From Candidatus Lambdaproteobacteria bacterium RIFOXYD2_FULL_56_26 (lineage in GTDB: Bacteria; SAR324; XYD2-FULL-50-16), in the NCBI GenBank assembly GCA_001783715.1, contig MFNF01000001.1:58393-122392 (forward strand): 64,000 nucleotides of DNA. The letters run 5' to 3'. Position numbers and translations under genes: made by a program. The notes below the pieces were generated by a model. It was not told the origin of the DNA. It made no database searches and saw only the letters and a program-made list of their open reading frames with translations. Shown piece after piece: positions 36,942 to 47,379 of this stretch. Each line of letters starts with the position of its first letter. Positions within the stretch are counted from its first letter, which is position 1.

Positions 36942-38171
36942 ATGAAAGGATTTACCACCAAAGCGATTCATGGCCAAAGGAGCAAACCTGATGCCCACGG
37001 GGCACTGCGTATGCCCCTTTACGACACTGCCTCTTTTGAACACCCCAGTTCCAGGGAGATCGAGCTGGCCTTCGGCGGGAAAAGGCCCTCCCACGTCTAT
37101 ACCAGGATCAGTAACCCGACCATCGAAGACTTTGAGCAAAAGATGCGGCTCATCTCCGGTGGATTGGCGGTGCTGGCCCTTTCAAGTGGCATGGCGGCGA
37201 TCAGCAATTTGGTGATGACCCTTTGTGAGGCCGGGACCAACGTGGTGACCAGCCGCCACCTTTTTGGCAACACCGTTTCCTTGTTTGAGCACAGCCTCAA
37301 GCCTTGGGGCCTGGAAGTCCGGTATGTGGACATGACCAACCTCAAGGAAGTGGAAGACGCGATCGACGAAAAAACCCGACTGGTGTTTTTGGAAGTGATC
37401 ACCAATCCCCAACTGGAAGTGGCCGATTGCAAGGCCCTTTCCGCTTTGACTCAGTCCAAGGGAGTGCCCTTGGGGGTGGATTGTACCGTGACCACTCCTT
37501 ACCTGTTCAATTCCAAGGAGTTTGGGGTCAACGTTGAGGTCCTCAGTACCACCAAGTACATCTCCGGTGGGGCGACTACGGTCGGTGGGGTTTTGATCGA
37601 CAATGGCAACTTTGACTGGAAAAAAAGCCCCAAACTGGCTGAGAAGGCCAAGAAGATGGGGCCTATGGCTTTTATCGCCACTTTGCGCATGGAGGTTTAC
37701 CGAAACCTGGGGGCTTGTTTGGCTCCGCACAATGCCTACCTGCAGGCCTTGGGGCTGGAAACCTTGGGCCTGCGGGTGGACCGTAGTTGCGAAAACGCCT
37801 TGGCCTTGGCCAAACAGCTGCAAAACCACCCCAAGGTCAAACGGGTGCTGTACCCAGGTTTGCCCGAGGACCGGTTCCACAAGCTGGCCAAAGCGCAATT
37901 CGGTGGAAGGTATGGAGGGATTGTTTGCTTTGAATTGGCTGATAAAGAGGCTTGTTTTACTGCCATGGATCGGGTCAAATTGATCAAGCGGGCCACCAAT
38001 ATCAACGACAACAAAACTATGATCCTTCACCCCGCCTCAACCACCTTCATCGAATACAGCGAAGAAGAAAAAGCCAAGATGCAGGTCGGGGAAGCCCTGA
38101 TCCGCCTTTCGGTAGGAATTGAGGACCTGGAGGACTTGACCGAAGACCTAACCCAAGCGCTGGAGACTTGA
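36942..38171 (+). CDS. O-acetyl/succinyl-homoserine sulfhydrylase-like PLP enzyme (MetY/MetZ family)
   Basis: YTRISNPT, SSGMAA, STTKYISG, HPASTT, IRLSVGIED. Confidence 0.9.
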   Translation: MKGFTTKAIHGQRSKPDAHGALRMPLYDTASFEHPSSREIELAFGGKRPSHVYTRISNPTIEDFEQKMRLISGGLAVLALSSGMAAISNLVMTLCEAGTNVVTSRHLFGNTVSLFEHSLKPWGLEVRYVDMTNLKEVEDAIDEKTRLVFLEVITNPQLEVADCKALSALTQSKGVPLGVDCTVTTPYLFNSKEFGVNVEVLSTTKYISGGATTVGGVLIDNGNFDWKKSPKLAEKAKKMGPMAFIATLRMEVYRNLGACLAPHNAYLQALGLETLGLRVDRSCENALALAKQLQNHPKVKRVLYPGLPEDRFHKLAKAQFGGRYGGIVCFELADKEACFTAMDRVKLIKRATNINDNKTMILHPASTTFIEYSEEEKAKMQVGEALIRLSVGIEDLEDLTEDLTQALET

Positions 38172-38174
38172 GGC

Positions 38175-38990
38175 ATGATTGATTTTACCGAAGAACAACT
38201 GGAGCGATACTCAAGGCACATCATCCTCAAGGAAGTGGGGGTCGAAGGCCAATCCAAGCTGCTCCAGGCCAAGGTCCTGATCATCGGTGCCGGGGGCCTG
38301 GGTGCGCCGATCGCCCTTTATCTGGCTGCCGCCGGGGTGGGGACCATTGGGATCGTGGATGCCGACGTGGTGGACCTTTCCAACCTCCAGCGGCAGGTGA
38401 TCCATTTCACCGCCGACGTGGACCGGCCCAAGGTCGAATCTGCGGCCAACAAGATGAGGGCGATCAACCCCGATGTCAACGTGATCACTCACCAGCTCTT
38501 TGCCGGGGCGGAAAATATCCTGGACCTCTTGGCCCCCTACGACTTTATTGTGGACGGGACCGACAACTTCGGCACCAAGTTCCTGGTCAACGATGCCTGT
38601 GTCGTAGCCAAAAAGCCCTATTCCCATGGCGGAATCCTGCGGTTCACCGGCCAGATGATGACCATTCTGCCCGGCGAGACTGCCTGTTACCGTTGTGTCT
38701 TCCGGGAACCCCCTCCGCCGAACTCGGTGCCCACCTGCTCCCAAGCGGGCGTATTGGGGGCGATTGCCGGGATGCTTGGGACCATGCAGGCCACCGAAAC
38801 CCTGAAGTTTATCACCGGGGCGGGACAGTTGGCCACCAACAGCTTGGTGAGCTTTAACGCCTTGAACATGGACTTTCGTAAAGTGAAGCTCAAGCGGCAA
38901 GCCAACTGCCCGATCTGTGGGGACCACCCGGTGATCACCCACCTGGAAGAAGCCGCCATGCCCCTTTGCGACCTCAAGGCGAAGCATTGA
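38175..38990 (+). CDS. ThiF/MoeB-family adenylyltransferase (HcyF-like)
   Basis: RYSRH, GAGGLG, SNLQRQ, CYRC, TCSQAGVLG, CPIC. Confidence 0.93.
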   Translation: MIDFTEEQLERYSRHIILKEVGVEGQSKLLQAKVLIIGAGGLGAPIALYLAAAGVGTIGIVDADVVDLSNLQRQVIHFTADVDRPKVESAANKMRAINPDVNVITHQLFAGAENILDLLAPYDFIVDGTDNFGTKFLVNDACVVAKKPYSHGGILRFTGQMMTILPGETACYRCVFREPPPPNSVPTCSQAGVLGAIAGMLGTMQATETLKFITGAGQLATNSLVSFNALNMDFRKVKLKRQANCPICGDHPVITHLEEAAMPLCDLKAKH

Positions 38991-39388
38991 TGAAGCTGAA
39001 AAAGTCGATTTATGAAGCGATCATTGCCCAGGCCCAGCGGGAGCTTCCCAACGAGGCCTGCGGCTATTTGGCCGAGAAGGACGGCCAGGTGGTGGCTCAC
39101 TATGAGCTGTACAATGTGGATCAGTCCTTTGAACATTTTTCCATGGACCCCAAGGAACAGTTTGGGGCGGTCAAATCCATGCGGAGCCAGGGACAAACCT
39201 TGGCGGCGGTTTATCACAGCCACCCCAGCACCCCGGCGAGGCCTTCGGTGGAAGACATCAAGCTGGCCTACGACCCGAAGTTGAGTTACCTGATCATCTC
39301 CCTGGCCGAGCCGACCCCGTCGGTGAAGTCTTTTAAGATCGAAGGGGGACAAGTCAGACCTGAAGAAATCACCCTCCTGGAGGATTAA
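38990..39388 (+). CDS. JAMM/MPN+ (M67) metalloprotease (HcyD/Mec-like)
   Basis: PNEACG, YHSHP....RPS.ED. Confidence 0.92.
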   Translation: MKLKKSIYEAIIAQAQRELPNEACGYLAEKDGQVVAHYELYNVDQSFEHFSMDPKEQFGAVKSMRSQGQTLAAVYHSHPSTPARPSVEDIKLAYDPKLSYLIISLAEPTPSVKSFKIEGGQVRPEEITLLED

Positions 39389-41791
39389 ATGCGGTTTTTC
39401 CAACTGCCCCCCCAACTGCCCGCCGACCTGGACCTCTTTGAAACCCAGGTTGCGGATTACCAAAAAGGAAGCCTCCCGGCGGTAAAATTTAAAGGGCTGC
39501 GGGTCGCCCACGGTCTCTATGAACAGCGCCAAGAAGGCACCTTCATGGTCCGGCTGCGTTGCCCCGGCGGTGCCTTGACTCCTGCTCAGTTGGAAAAGGC
39601 CGCTATGGTCAGCGCCAGGTATGGTGCCGAAACCTTGGCGGTGACCACCCGGGGCGGAATTCAGCTTTCCTTCGTCAAACTGGGCGATCTGATTGCCGTG
39701 GTTCGAGAACTGGTCTCGGTGGGCCTTTCGGGCCGTGCAGGGGGCGGCAATACGGTGAGAAACCTGATAGCCCCCCATGACTCCGGGGTGGCTACCGATG
39801 AAGTCTTTGACATCAGCCCCTATCTCTTTGCCTTGACCAGCCGGATGGTCGCTGAGCCCGATTCCTTGGACCTGCCTCGGAAATTTAAGATCGGTTTTTC
39901 CGGCAAAAAAAACGACCCGGCCAAAACCAAGCTCTCCTGCCTTGGTTTTTGGGCCAAGGAGAACGAAGGCCGCCGGGGCTTCGAGGTTTGGGTGGCGGGG
40001 GGGACCGGGTCTTCGGTCAAACCAGGGCACCTGCTCTTGGACTGGATCCCCGACCACCGGGTGTATTACGTGACCAAGGCGCTCAAGCGGATGTTTGACC
40101 AGCACGGCAACCGGCGGCAGAGGAGCAAGGCCAAAATCAAGTGGCTCTACGAGAAGTTGGGCAAAGAAGAGTTTGAACGGTTGTTTTTCCGGTTTTATGC
40201 CCTGGAGCAACAGGAGCCGGGTCTGGAGTTGAAGTTGGAGCCGGTCAAAAACGAAGCCCAAGTGGCGGCAGGTTTGGCCGTTGAATCCCCCCAGGACGAG
40301 GCCGCCTTTGGACGGTGGAAACAACGAAACCTCAAGGCCCAGTCCCAACCAGGGCTTTGGCAGGTACGGGTGCCGCTGTTGCACGGAAACCTCAAGAACG
40401 AAGAGGCCCAAGCGCTGGCCAAACTGGCCGGTTCCTTCGGTCCCAACAGCCTGCGGCTGAGTACCGAACAAAACCTTTATTTACGCAACATCCCCGAAAC
40501 CCACCTGGGCAACATTTTTAATCTGGTCAGCCGCCTGGAGAGCACCGGGCTTTCCAACCGCCCGGCTTTGCTGGGCAACATGGTGACCTGTACCGGTGCC
40601 CATACCTGCGCCTTGGGCATGACCCTCTCCCGCCCGGCGGTGGTGGAGGTGCAAAAGGCCCTCTTGGCCAGCGACCTGGACCTGGATGCCTTAGGGGACC
40701 TCAAGATTTACAGCAGCGGTTGCCCCAACGCCTGCGGCAACAACCACACCGGGGACATTGGCTTTTTCGGCAAGACCGGTAAGCTGGGCCAGGATCTGTA
40801 CCCGGCTTACATGGTGCAGATCGGTACCAAGATGGAAGGGGCGGAGATGCAGCTGGCCAGAAGGATTGAATCGGTGGCGGCCAAGGACCTGCCTGCCTTT
40901 ACGGTGGCCTTTTTGAAGGGCTGGCAAAACAAGCGGCCCTTGTGGCCCAAGATCCAAGACTACCTCAACAGCGACGAGGCGGTCGCCGACCTTTTGGCCG
41001 TGGCCGGTAAGTTCAACGCCACGGTGCCGACCATTGAGGCCAACGAGGATTATTACAAGGATTGGTCCGATTCCAACCGCTTTACCCTGCTCAAGGGTAG
41101 GAAGGCCGAATGTTCGGCTGGGTTGTTTGACATGATTGAGGTGGACTTTGAAACCATCCGGGAGTCAACCAAGCTTCTGGAAGCGGGGCTCAAAGGGGAA
41201 TCTCGCAAGAAGGAACTGTACCGACTGGTCTCCTCTGCCGCCCACTGCCTTTTGGTGACCCGGGGGATCGAAGCCTTTTCGGACCAGGAAATTTTTGATG
41301 CCTTTTTGGAGCACTTCATCGGTGCCGGTCTGGTGCCCAAGCTGTACCAGCAGCCGATCGAGCTGGCCAAGGGGCGAAACCTGGACGGGTTGGACCCGTG
41401 GGCCGGAGAGGTGATCGCCTTGGGTGAGTTCATGAAAAAACTTTACGACTCGATGGACGACTCCTTGCGGTTTAACCTGGAACAAATGGCGGGGATCGAG
41501 CCGGTAGCGGTGCCCCAAACCAAGGCGGAGGAAACGGTTCCCCAAACGGTGCAGGCCGAGAAAAAGACCGACGGCTTCAAGGACTTCCGGGGCGTTTCTT
41601 GTCCGATGAACTTTGTCAAAACCAAGATCGCCCTGGCAGCCATGACTTCCGGCCAGACCTTGGAGGTCCTCTTGGACGATGGGCAGCCGATCTTGAACGT
41701 GCCCGAATCGGTGCGCCTCGAAGGGCACCAGATCCTTTCCCAGACCCAGGACCCGGCGGGTCATTGGTCGGTGATGGTTTTAAAGGCGTAA
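39389..41791 (+). CDS. Siroheme sulfite reductase fused to HEPN-like and TusA/SirA domains
   Basis: GLYEQR, LPRKFK, CTGAHTC and SGCPNACG siroheme/4Fe-4S ligands; C-terminal DFRGVSCPMNFVK (TusA). Confidence 0.9.
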   Translation: MRFFQLPPQLPADLDLFETQVADYQKGSLPAVKFKGLRVAHGLYEQRQEGTFMVRLRCPGGALTPAQLEKAAMVSARYGAETLAVTTRGGIQLSFVKLGDLIAVVRELVSVGLSGRAGGGNTVRNLIAPHDSGVATDEVFDISPYLFALTSRMVAEPDSLDLPRKFKIGFSGKKNDPAKTKLSCLGFWAKENEGRRGFEVWVAGGTGSSVKPGHLLLDWIPDHRVYYVTKALKRMFDQHGNRRQRSKAKIKWLYEKLGKEEFERLFFRFYALEQQEPGLELKLEPVKNEAQVAAGLAVESPQDEAAFGRWKQRNLKAQSQPGLWQVRVPLLHGNLKNEEAQALAKLAGSFGPNSLRLSTEQNLYLRNIPETHLGNIFNLVSRLESTGLSNRPALLGNMVTCTGAHTCALGMTLSRPAVVEVQKALLASDLDLDALGDLKIYSSGCPNACGNNHTGDIGFFGKTGKLGQDLYPAYMVQIGTKMEGAEMQLARRIESVAAKDLPAFTVAFLKGWQNKRPLWPKIQDYLNSDEAVADLLAVAGKFNATVPTIEANEDYYKDWSDSNRFTLLKGRKAECSAGLFDMIEVDFETIRESTKLLEAGLKGESRKKELYRLVSSAAHCLLVTRGIEAFSDQEIFDAFLEHFIGAGLVPKLYQQPIELAKGRNLDGLDPWAGEVIALGEFMKKLYDSMDDSLRFNLEQMAGIEPVAVPQTKAEETVPQTVQAEKKTDGFKDFRGVSCPMNFVKTKIALAAMTSGQTLEVLLDDGQPILNVPESVRLEGHQILSQTQDPAGHWSVMVLKA

Positions 41792-41798
41792 GTTGGCC

Positions 41799-42509
41799 AT
41801 GAAAGCGCAACTTGAAGCTTACCAAGCAGCGGTCCAGGGACTAAGTCCGGCTCAGGCAATGGCCTGGGCGCTCCGGGAATTTGGGGTCGGACAGGTGGCC
41901 CTGGCCAGCAGTTTTGGGCTGGAAGACCAATTGTTGACCCAGTGGCTGGTAGAGCTTGAGCCCAAGGCCAGGGTTTTTACCTTGGACACCGGACGGCTGT
42001 TCCAGGAAACCTACGAATGCATGGGGGCAACCCAAAAGAAATTGGGGTTGAGCTTCGAGGTCTATTTCCCCGATCCACAGAAAGTGAAGGAACTGTACAA
42101 AACCAAAGGTCCCAACAGTTTTTACGAGTCTGTGGCGAACCGCAAGGAATGTTGCGGCATCCGCAAAGTCGAGCCGTTGGGAAAAGCTCTTTTTGGGCTC
42201 AAACTCTGGATCACCGGGCAAAGACGGGACCAGTCCTTGACCCGGGCGGCTTTGGAGACGGTGGAGTGGGACGAGGCCCATGGGCTTTTTAAACTGAACC
42301 CCTTGGCCGACTGGACCGAAGAACAGGTCTGGGCCAGGGTGCTGGCCGAAGAGGTCCCCTACAACAGCCTGCATGACCTGGGGTTTCCCAGCATCGGTTG
42401 CTTGCCCTGCACAAGGAAGGTGGAACCGGGCCAAGAGGCCAGGGCCGGACGTTGGTGGTGGGAAGAACCGGAGCACAAGGAATGTGGCCTGCACTCCCGA
42501 CCCAAATAG
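41799..42509 (+). CDS. cysH: Adenylylsulfate (APS) reductase, thioredoxin-dependent
   Basis: [32 protein letters not shown]. Confidence 0.95.
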   Translation: MKAQLEAYQAAVQGLSPAQAMAWALREFGVGQVALASSFGLEDQLLTQWLVELEPKARVFTLDTGRLFQETYECMGATQKKLGLSFEVYFPDPQKVKELYKTKGPNSFYESVANRKECCGIRKVEPLGKALFGLKLWITGQRRDQSLTRAALETVEWDEAHGLFKLNPLADWTEEQVWARVLAEEVPYNSLHDLGFPSIGCLPCTRKVEPGQEARAGRWWWEEPEHKECGLHSRPK

Positions 42510-42594
42510 GCACCTCGATTCCAAAAGATTCCCCGGTCCCGGCCTTGGGCCTTGGACGGGTGTAACCCCAAACAACCTAGAATCAGGACCCCAA

Positions 42595-43476
42595 GTGGAC
42601 CATCTGGACAGACTGGAAGCGCAGAGTGTTTACATCCTGCGGGAAGCCTACAAGGAATTTAAAAATCTGGTGATGCTTTGGTCCATCGGCAAAGACAGCA
42701 CCGTTCTGCTTTGGTTGGCAAGGAAGGCCTTTTTTGGCCATGTGCCCTTCCCCTTACTGCACATCGACACCCATTTCAAGATGCCCGAGATGATCGCCTA
42801 CCGGGACAGGGCGGCCAAGGAATGGCGGTTGAACATTGTTTATGGGGAAAACAAGGAAGCACTGGAAAAAAAGCTGACCTACCCGGACGGCAACCTGGAT
42901 CGATTGGGCTGCTGCAAGAACCTCAAGACCGAAGCGCTCAAACACACCTTGTCGGGGGAATGGCCTCGCTGGCGGTTTGACCACAACCTGGGCCAATATG
43001 CTCCCGATACCAACCAAGAGGCCTACACCGGCGTAATCGTTGGGGTGCGGGCCGACGAAGAGGGCAGCCGTTCCAAGGAACGGGTTTTTTCCCCCCGGGA
43101 TGCCCAAAACGACTGGGATGTCGGCGACCAACCGCCCGAACTGTGGCGGCAGTACAAAACCGACTTTGCACCGGGCACCCACCTACGGATCCACCCGCTC
43201 TTGGAATGGACGGAGCTGAACATCTGGGAGTACGTGGAACGGGAAAAAATCCCAATCATCGATCTTTATTTTGACCAGGGAACCGGACAAAGGTGCCGGA
43301 GCTTGGGATGTTGGCCCTGTACCGGCAAGGTGGATTCCACCGCCAAAACGGTACCCGAGATCATCGAAGAACTAAAAACCGGCAAATTCGCCAACATCGC
43401 CGAGCGCTCCGGTCGGGCGCAGGACAAAGAAGGAGGCGGAGGCCTGGAGGCCTTACGTCGCCAAGGATACATGTAA
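42595..43476 (+). CDS. cysD: Sulfate adenylyltransferase subunit 2
   Basis: SIGKDS, HIDT, R.DEE.SR.KER, RSLGC.PCT, LRRQGYM. Confidence 0.95.
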   Translation: MDHLDRLEAQSVYILREAYKEFKNLVMLWSIGKDSTVLLWLARKAFFGHVPFPLLHIDTHFKMPEMIAYRDRAAKEWRLNIVYGENKEALEKKLTYPDGNLDRLGCCKNLKTEALKHTLSGEWPRWRFDHNLGQYAPDTNQEAYTGVIVGVRADEEGSRSKERVFSPRDAQNDWDVGDQPPELWRQYKTDFAPGTHLRIHPLLEWTELNIWEYVEREKIPIIDLYFDQGTGQRCRSLGCWPCTGKVDSTAKTVPEIIEELKTGKFANIAERSGRAQDKEGGGGLEALRRQGYM

Positions 43477-43483
43477 GGGAACC

Positions 43484-45286
43484 ATGTTTGACCAACAAAG
43501 AATGAACATCGTCATCGTCGGCCATGTGGACCATGGCAAATCGACGGTGATCGGCAGGCTCCTGGCTGACACCGGCTCCCTTCCCCAAGGGAAGCTGGAG
43601 GCGGTCAAGCAGCAGTGCTTGGCCAACGCTAGGCCCTTTGAATATGCCTTTTTGCTGGATGCCCTCAAGGACGAACAGGCCCAAGGGATCACCATTGATG
43701 CCGCTCGGTGCTTTTTTAAGTCCAACAAACGGCATTACATCGTCTTGGATGCCCCGGGGCACATCGAGTTCCTCAAGAACATGGTCACCGGGGCGGCGAC
43801 CGCAGAAGCGGCCCTATTGGTGATCGATGCCAAGGAAGGGGTGCAGGAGAACACCAAGCGGCACGGCTATCTTGTGTCCATGTTGGGGATCAAGAAGTTG
43901 GTGGTGTTGGTCAATAAAATGGACTTGGTGGAAAACAGCCAGGAAGCCTTTGAGCGGACCGTGGCCGAATACACCGCCTTTTTGGCCAAGCTTAACCTAG
44001 AACCCATCGCCTTCATCCCTGCTTCGGCCAGGTCCGGTGAAAACATTGTGTCCCCCAGCGAGACGATGCCCTGGTACCACGGGAAAACTGTCTTGGGGCA
44101 GTTGGACGCTCTGGAGCCCGAAGGGGAGACGGAAAAGATCAAGGCTCCTTTGCGGTTTCCGGTGCAAGATGTTTACAAGTTCACCGCCCAAGGGGACGAC
44201 CGCAGAATCTTTGCGGGAACCTTGGAATCCGGGCAAGTGAGCGTTGGTGATGAGGTCGCCTTTTTGCCTTCAGGCAAACAAAGCCGGATCGCCTCGGTCG
44301 AGGCGTTCAACGAAGGGCCAAAGACCACGGCCCAAGCGGGGCAGGCGGTCGGCTTTACCTTGACCACCCAGGTTTATATCCCCCAGGGGGAATTGATGGT
44401 CAAGGTCAACGAGGTGCAACCGATCCAGGCCCGAAGGTTCCGGGCCAACCTCTTTTGGATGGGCAAGGCCCCGTTGATCCAGGGCAAGGACTACAAACTC
44501 AAGCTGGCGACCCGCAGGGTTCCGGTCCGTCTGGTCGAGGTGCTCAACGTCCTGGACGCTTCGGACCTACGGTCGGTGGTCGGAAAGCAGATGGTGGAGC
44601 GCCACGACGTGGGGGAATGTCTTTTTGAGACCCTCAAGCCCATTGCCTTTGACCCCAGCGCCTTGATCGACGCTACCGGACGGTTTGTGCTGGTGGACGA
44701 TTTTGAGATCGCCGGGGGTGGGATTATCTTGGAAAAGGTGGAGTCCAAGGAAACGGTGGACCAAGCGCATGTACGAAAACGGGAACAAGCTTGGTCAACC
44801 GGCTACATCTCCGCTGCCAACCGGGCTGCGGCCTGTCTGCACCATGCCAAGTTCGTGGTTTTTTCCGGTCCGCCAGAGGTGGGTAAACGAAAGATGGCCA
44901 TGGAGTTGGAGCGCCGGTTGTTCATGGAGCGGCGCAATGTTTATTACCTCAGCGATGCCAACCTCAACGGCGGCCTGGACCAGGACATCCGGGTTCTGAT
45001 GCGAGACAAGTCCGAAGAGGTGCGCCGTTTGGGCGAATTGGCCCGGATCATGACCGATGCCGGGCTGATCTTCATTACCGCCTTGGGCGGGGCCGATGAG
45101 TACGACCTGTTGCAGCTCAAGACCCTCAACCTGCCCAACGAGATTTTGGTGGTCCATGTGGGAGAAAATCCACCCGAGCAGTTTAAGGCCGACTTGGTCC
45201 TACCTGCCGGGATTGACCCCAAGGAAGCGGCGGAGAAGGTTTACCAGCTGATGAGCCGTTACCAGATCTTGGAGTATTTTATTTAG
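43484..45286 (+). CDS. cysN: Sulfate adenylyltransferase subunit 1 with degenerate C-terminal APS-kinase-like domain
   Basis: [24 protein letters not shown]; C-terminal GPPEVGK...RRLGELAR. Confidence 0.93.
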   Translation: MFDQQRMNIVIVGHVDHGKSTVIGRLLADTGSLPQGKLEAVKQQCLANARPFEYAFLLDALKDEQAQGITIDAARCFFKSNKRHYIVLDAPGHIEFLKNMVTGAATAEAALLVIDAKEGVQENTKRHGYLVSMLGIKKLVVLVNKMDLVENSQEAFERTVAEYTAFLAKLNLEPIAFIPASARSGENIVSPSETMPWYHGKTVLGQLDALEPEGETEKIKAPLRFPVQDVYKFTAQGDDRRIFAGTLESGQVSVGDEVAFLPSGKQSRIASVEAFNEGPKTTAQAGQAVGFTLTTQVYIPQGELMVKVNEVQPIQARRFRANLFWMGKAPLIQGKDYKLKLATRRVPVRLVEVLNVLDASDLRSVVGKQMVERHDVGECLFETLKPIAFDPSALIDATGRFVLVDDFEIAGGGIILEKVESKETVDQAHVRKREQAWSTGYISAANRAAACLHHAKFVVFSGPPEVGKRKMAMELERRLFMERRNVYYLSDANLNGGLDQDIRVLMRDKSEEVRRLGELARIMTDAGLIFITALGGADEYDLLQLKTLNLPNEILVVHVGENPPEQFKADLVLPAGIDPKEAAEKVYQLMSRYQILEYFI

Positions 45287-45881
45287 GGGAGAGAAAAATC
45301 CTGACCATCATCTGGTGCAGATAAGGGCCGATCTCGGTCAGGATTTGTTCGGTCCTCTTTGTGGTCTCCAGGCCATCGGCAACAGACAAGATACTGCCCA
45401 CCGGTTCTCCGCTTTTGGGGTGCAGGCCCCGGTAACCGATGGAATACCCGTCTGCCAGGATGCCCCATTCCCGCACATAGTCCAAAAACTTCAAATGTTT
45501 GTCGTACAGCTCTTTTGACAGTTCCCCCCGTTCAAGCTGGGCTTGTGCCGCTTGGTAGGTGTCTTGCCAGTGTTGCAGGACCCCAAACCCTGCTTCCCGA
45601 AAGTGGGCCCAAACCACCAGGTCCACATAGTACGCCTGCTCTTCCAGGTAGTTTTGGACATACTGCTCCGGGTAGTTGGTCAGGTGCCAATCCAGGTGTT
45701 TGGGGAGCAGGTGCTCATCCAAGGGGCAGATCAAAAAGGCGAAGTGGGTGAAGGGAACAAAGGCTTTCAGCCGTTGGATGAAGATCCGCATTTCCTCGGG
45801 GTTGGAGACCAAAAAACCAAAGGAGACCAACTCTTGGAGCTGGATCTGGTCGGCCGGGGAGAAGGCACTGTTGGGTTGCAT
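45279..45881 (-). CDS. Stand-alone LuxR-type autoinducer-binding domain protein (no HTH)
   Basis: [11 protein letters not shown]....YY.DLVV, W, G...GYSIG pattern; ends at LSPK*. Confidence 0.7.
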   Translation of the reverse strand: MQPNSAFSPADQIQLQELVSFGFLVSNPEEMRIFIQRLKAFVPFTHFAFLICPLDEHLLPKHLDWHLTNYPEQYVQNYLEEQAYYVDLVVWAHFREAGFGVLQHWQDTYQAAQAQLERGELSKELYDKHLKFLDYVREWGILADGYSIGYRGLHPKSGEPVGSILSVADGLETTKRTEQILTEIGPYLHQMMVRIFLSPK

Positions 45882-46028
45882 TGGGTCCACAGGTACAGGC
45901 TGTTTGGGCAAGCTCGGCTCAATCTTATCTGGTCTTGGGCCAGAGTTAAAGAGTTTTTTGCGGGGCCGCAAAGGAGGTGGAACCCCCAAGGTCGGCCTTG
46001 AGGAAAAAAATTATTCCCTTTACAAAAC

Positions 46029-46080
46029 AAAAGCCGAAAACCGGAATTTTTGGGAAAAATCCTGTTTTCGGCTTTTTTTT
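46029..46080. terminator. Long hairpin, probably a bidirectional terminator
   Basis: aaaagccgaaaac ... gttttcggctttt inverted repeat with A/T tracts on both sides. Confidence 0.6.
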
Positions 46081-46152
46081 GGGCGCAAAAGAAAGAAAAG
46101 ACAGTGGACAGGGTCTTTGGGCGGCCCCAAAGGTAGAATTTGGATCAAAAAT

Positions 46153-46335
46153 TCAGCACTGGACCTTAATCCGGTTGTGACACCGGAGGAAGTCATAAAC
46201 ATCGGCGGCAAGGCTGCCTACCGTTTCCAAGGCCTCTCTGATGTCGGCCAGAGAGACTTTAAACTGTTCGGCCCAACGACGGAGGTCGTCGTAGCTGTAT
46301 GGATCAATGCGTTTTTGATCGTCCGGTCTTCTCAT
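46153..46335 (-). CDS. Small DUF3606-like protein
   Basis: D..RID......L..WA..F.VS...IREA...VG....V..FL pattern. Confidence 0.6.
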   Translation of the reverse strand: MRRPDDQKRIDPYSYDDLRRWAEQFKVSLADIREALETVGSLAADVYDFLRCHNRIKVQC

Positions 46336-46679
46336 CCGTTTCAGCCCTCTAAAAATGTGGGTTAAACCGACCTGATAGCAATGCAAACCGCCAATCGGCG
46401 GATCCGAACCTACGGATCAGCCTCGACGGAATAGCCCTTTTGCGAGCGGCTGCAAGCAGCTTAGATGATTTAATCCCAAGATTGTCAATCATCGACAGAG
46501 ATTTTGACCGACTTTGCCGGAAATAAAAAATAATGTATATACCCTAGGTAAAACACCCTATATTTATAAATGGTTAATAAAATACAATTAGATAAAGAAA
46601 GAGAAAACCGCTTGGTCTTGTATTCCTACCGCTGAGAAGATAGACTGGGGCCAAGCCTGACTTTGGAGTAGCGGTCCTG

Positions 46680-47378
46680 ATGTGCGGAAGATTTGGCCTT
46701 GCCAAAAAAATTGAAGAACTGCAAACCGCCTTTGCTGCGCTCCCTCTGGAGGTTGGTCTTACTCCCCGGTACAACATCGCTCCCGGCCAACCGGTCTTGG
46801 GGTTGGCCAAATCCAAGGTGCCGGGACTGCCCCAATGGGGTTGGTTCCACTGGGGGTTGGTCCCCTCCGGCGCAAAAACCGAACCCAAAGAGCAGGGTTG
46901 GATCAATGCTCGGTGCGAGACGGTCGGCCAAAAGCCTGCCTTTCGCACTTCCTTTGAAAGACGCAGGTGCGTGATCGTGGCGGACGGATTTTATGAATGG
47001 CAGACCCAAGGGAAACAAAAAAGGCCCTTCCTTTTTGCCCGGTCCAACCAAGAACCCTTTGGCCTGGCGGCGATTTGGGACCGTTGGAGTCCGGGCTTTG
47101 GCGCACCGGAGCAGGTCACTTGCGCCTTGTTGACCACCAGGGCCAATCCTTTGGTTGGCCAGATCCATGACCGGATGCCGGTGATTTTGGAACCCCAAGC
47201 GGTAGGCTTATGGCTGTACCTGACCGACCTGGGGCAAGCGGCCCCTTTGTTTGAACCCTACCCGGCCCCGAAGATGACCGCCTGTGAGGTCTCCTCCTCC
47301 GTCAATTCCCCGCAGTCGGATCGCCTCGAAGGTTACGCCCCCCTGGTTGGGGGTCAACAGCTCACCTTTTCCCCCTAA
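46680..47378 (+). CDS. SOS response-associated peptidase (SRAP/HMCES/YedK family)
   Basis: MCGRF, RYNIAP, INAR.ET, RRC...ADGFYEW, IHDRMPVIL. Confidence 0.95.
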   Translation: MCGRFGLAKKIEELQTAFAALPLEVGLTPRYNIAPGQPVLGLAKSKVPGLPQWGWFHWGLVPSGAKTEPKEQGWINARCETVGQKPAFRTSFERRRCVIVADGFYEWQTQGKQKRPFLFARSNQEPFGLAAIWDRWSPGFGAPEQVTCALLTTRANPLVGQIHDRMPVILEPQAVGLWLYLTDLGQAAPLFEPYPAPKMTACEVSSSVNSPQSDRLEGYAPLVGGQQLTFSP

Positions 47379-47379
47379 G

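Noticed and set aside
36717-39388. Ubiquitin-like + E1 + JAB genes as a CBASS/Bil-type antiphage conjugation system
   Set aside because: No E2, cyclase or effector; the context is unambiguously sulfur assimilation
41150-41480. HEPN-like segment as a toxin/RNase
   Set aside because: No RxxxxH motif and it is embedded within a sulfite reductase
46500-46620. Replication origin (DUE)
   Set aside because: AT-rich, but no DnaA boxes (TTATCCACA) recognised and no dnaA/gidA context
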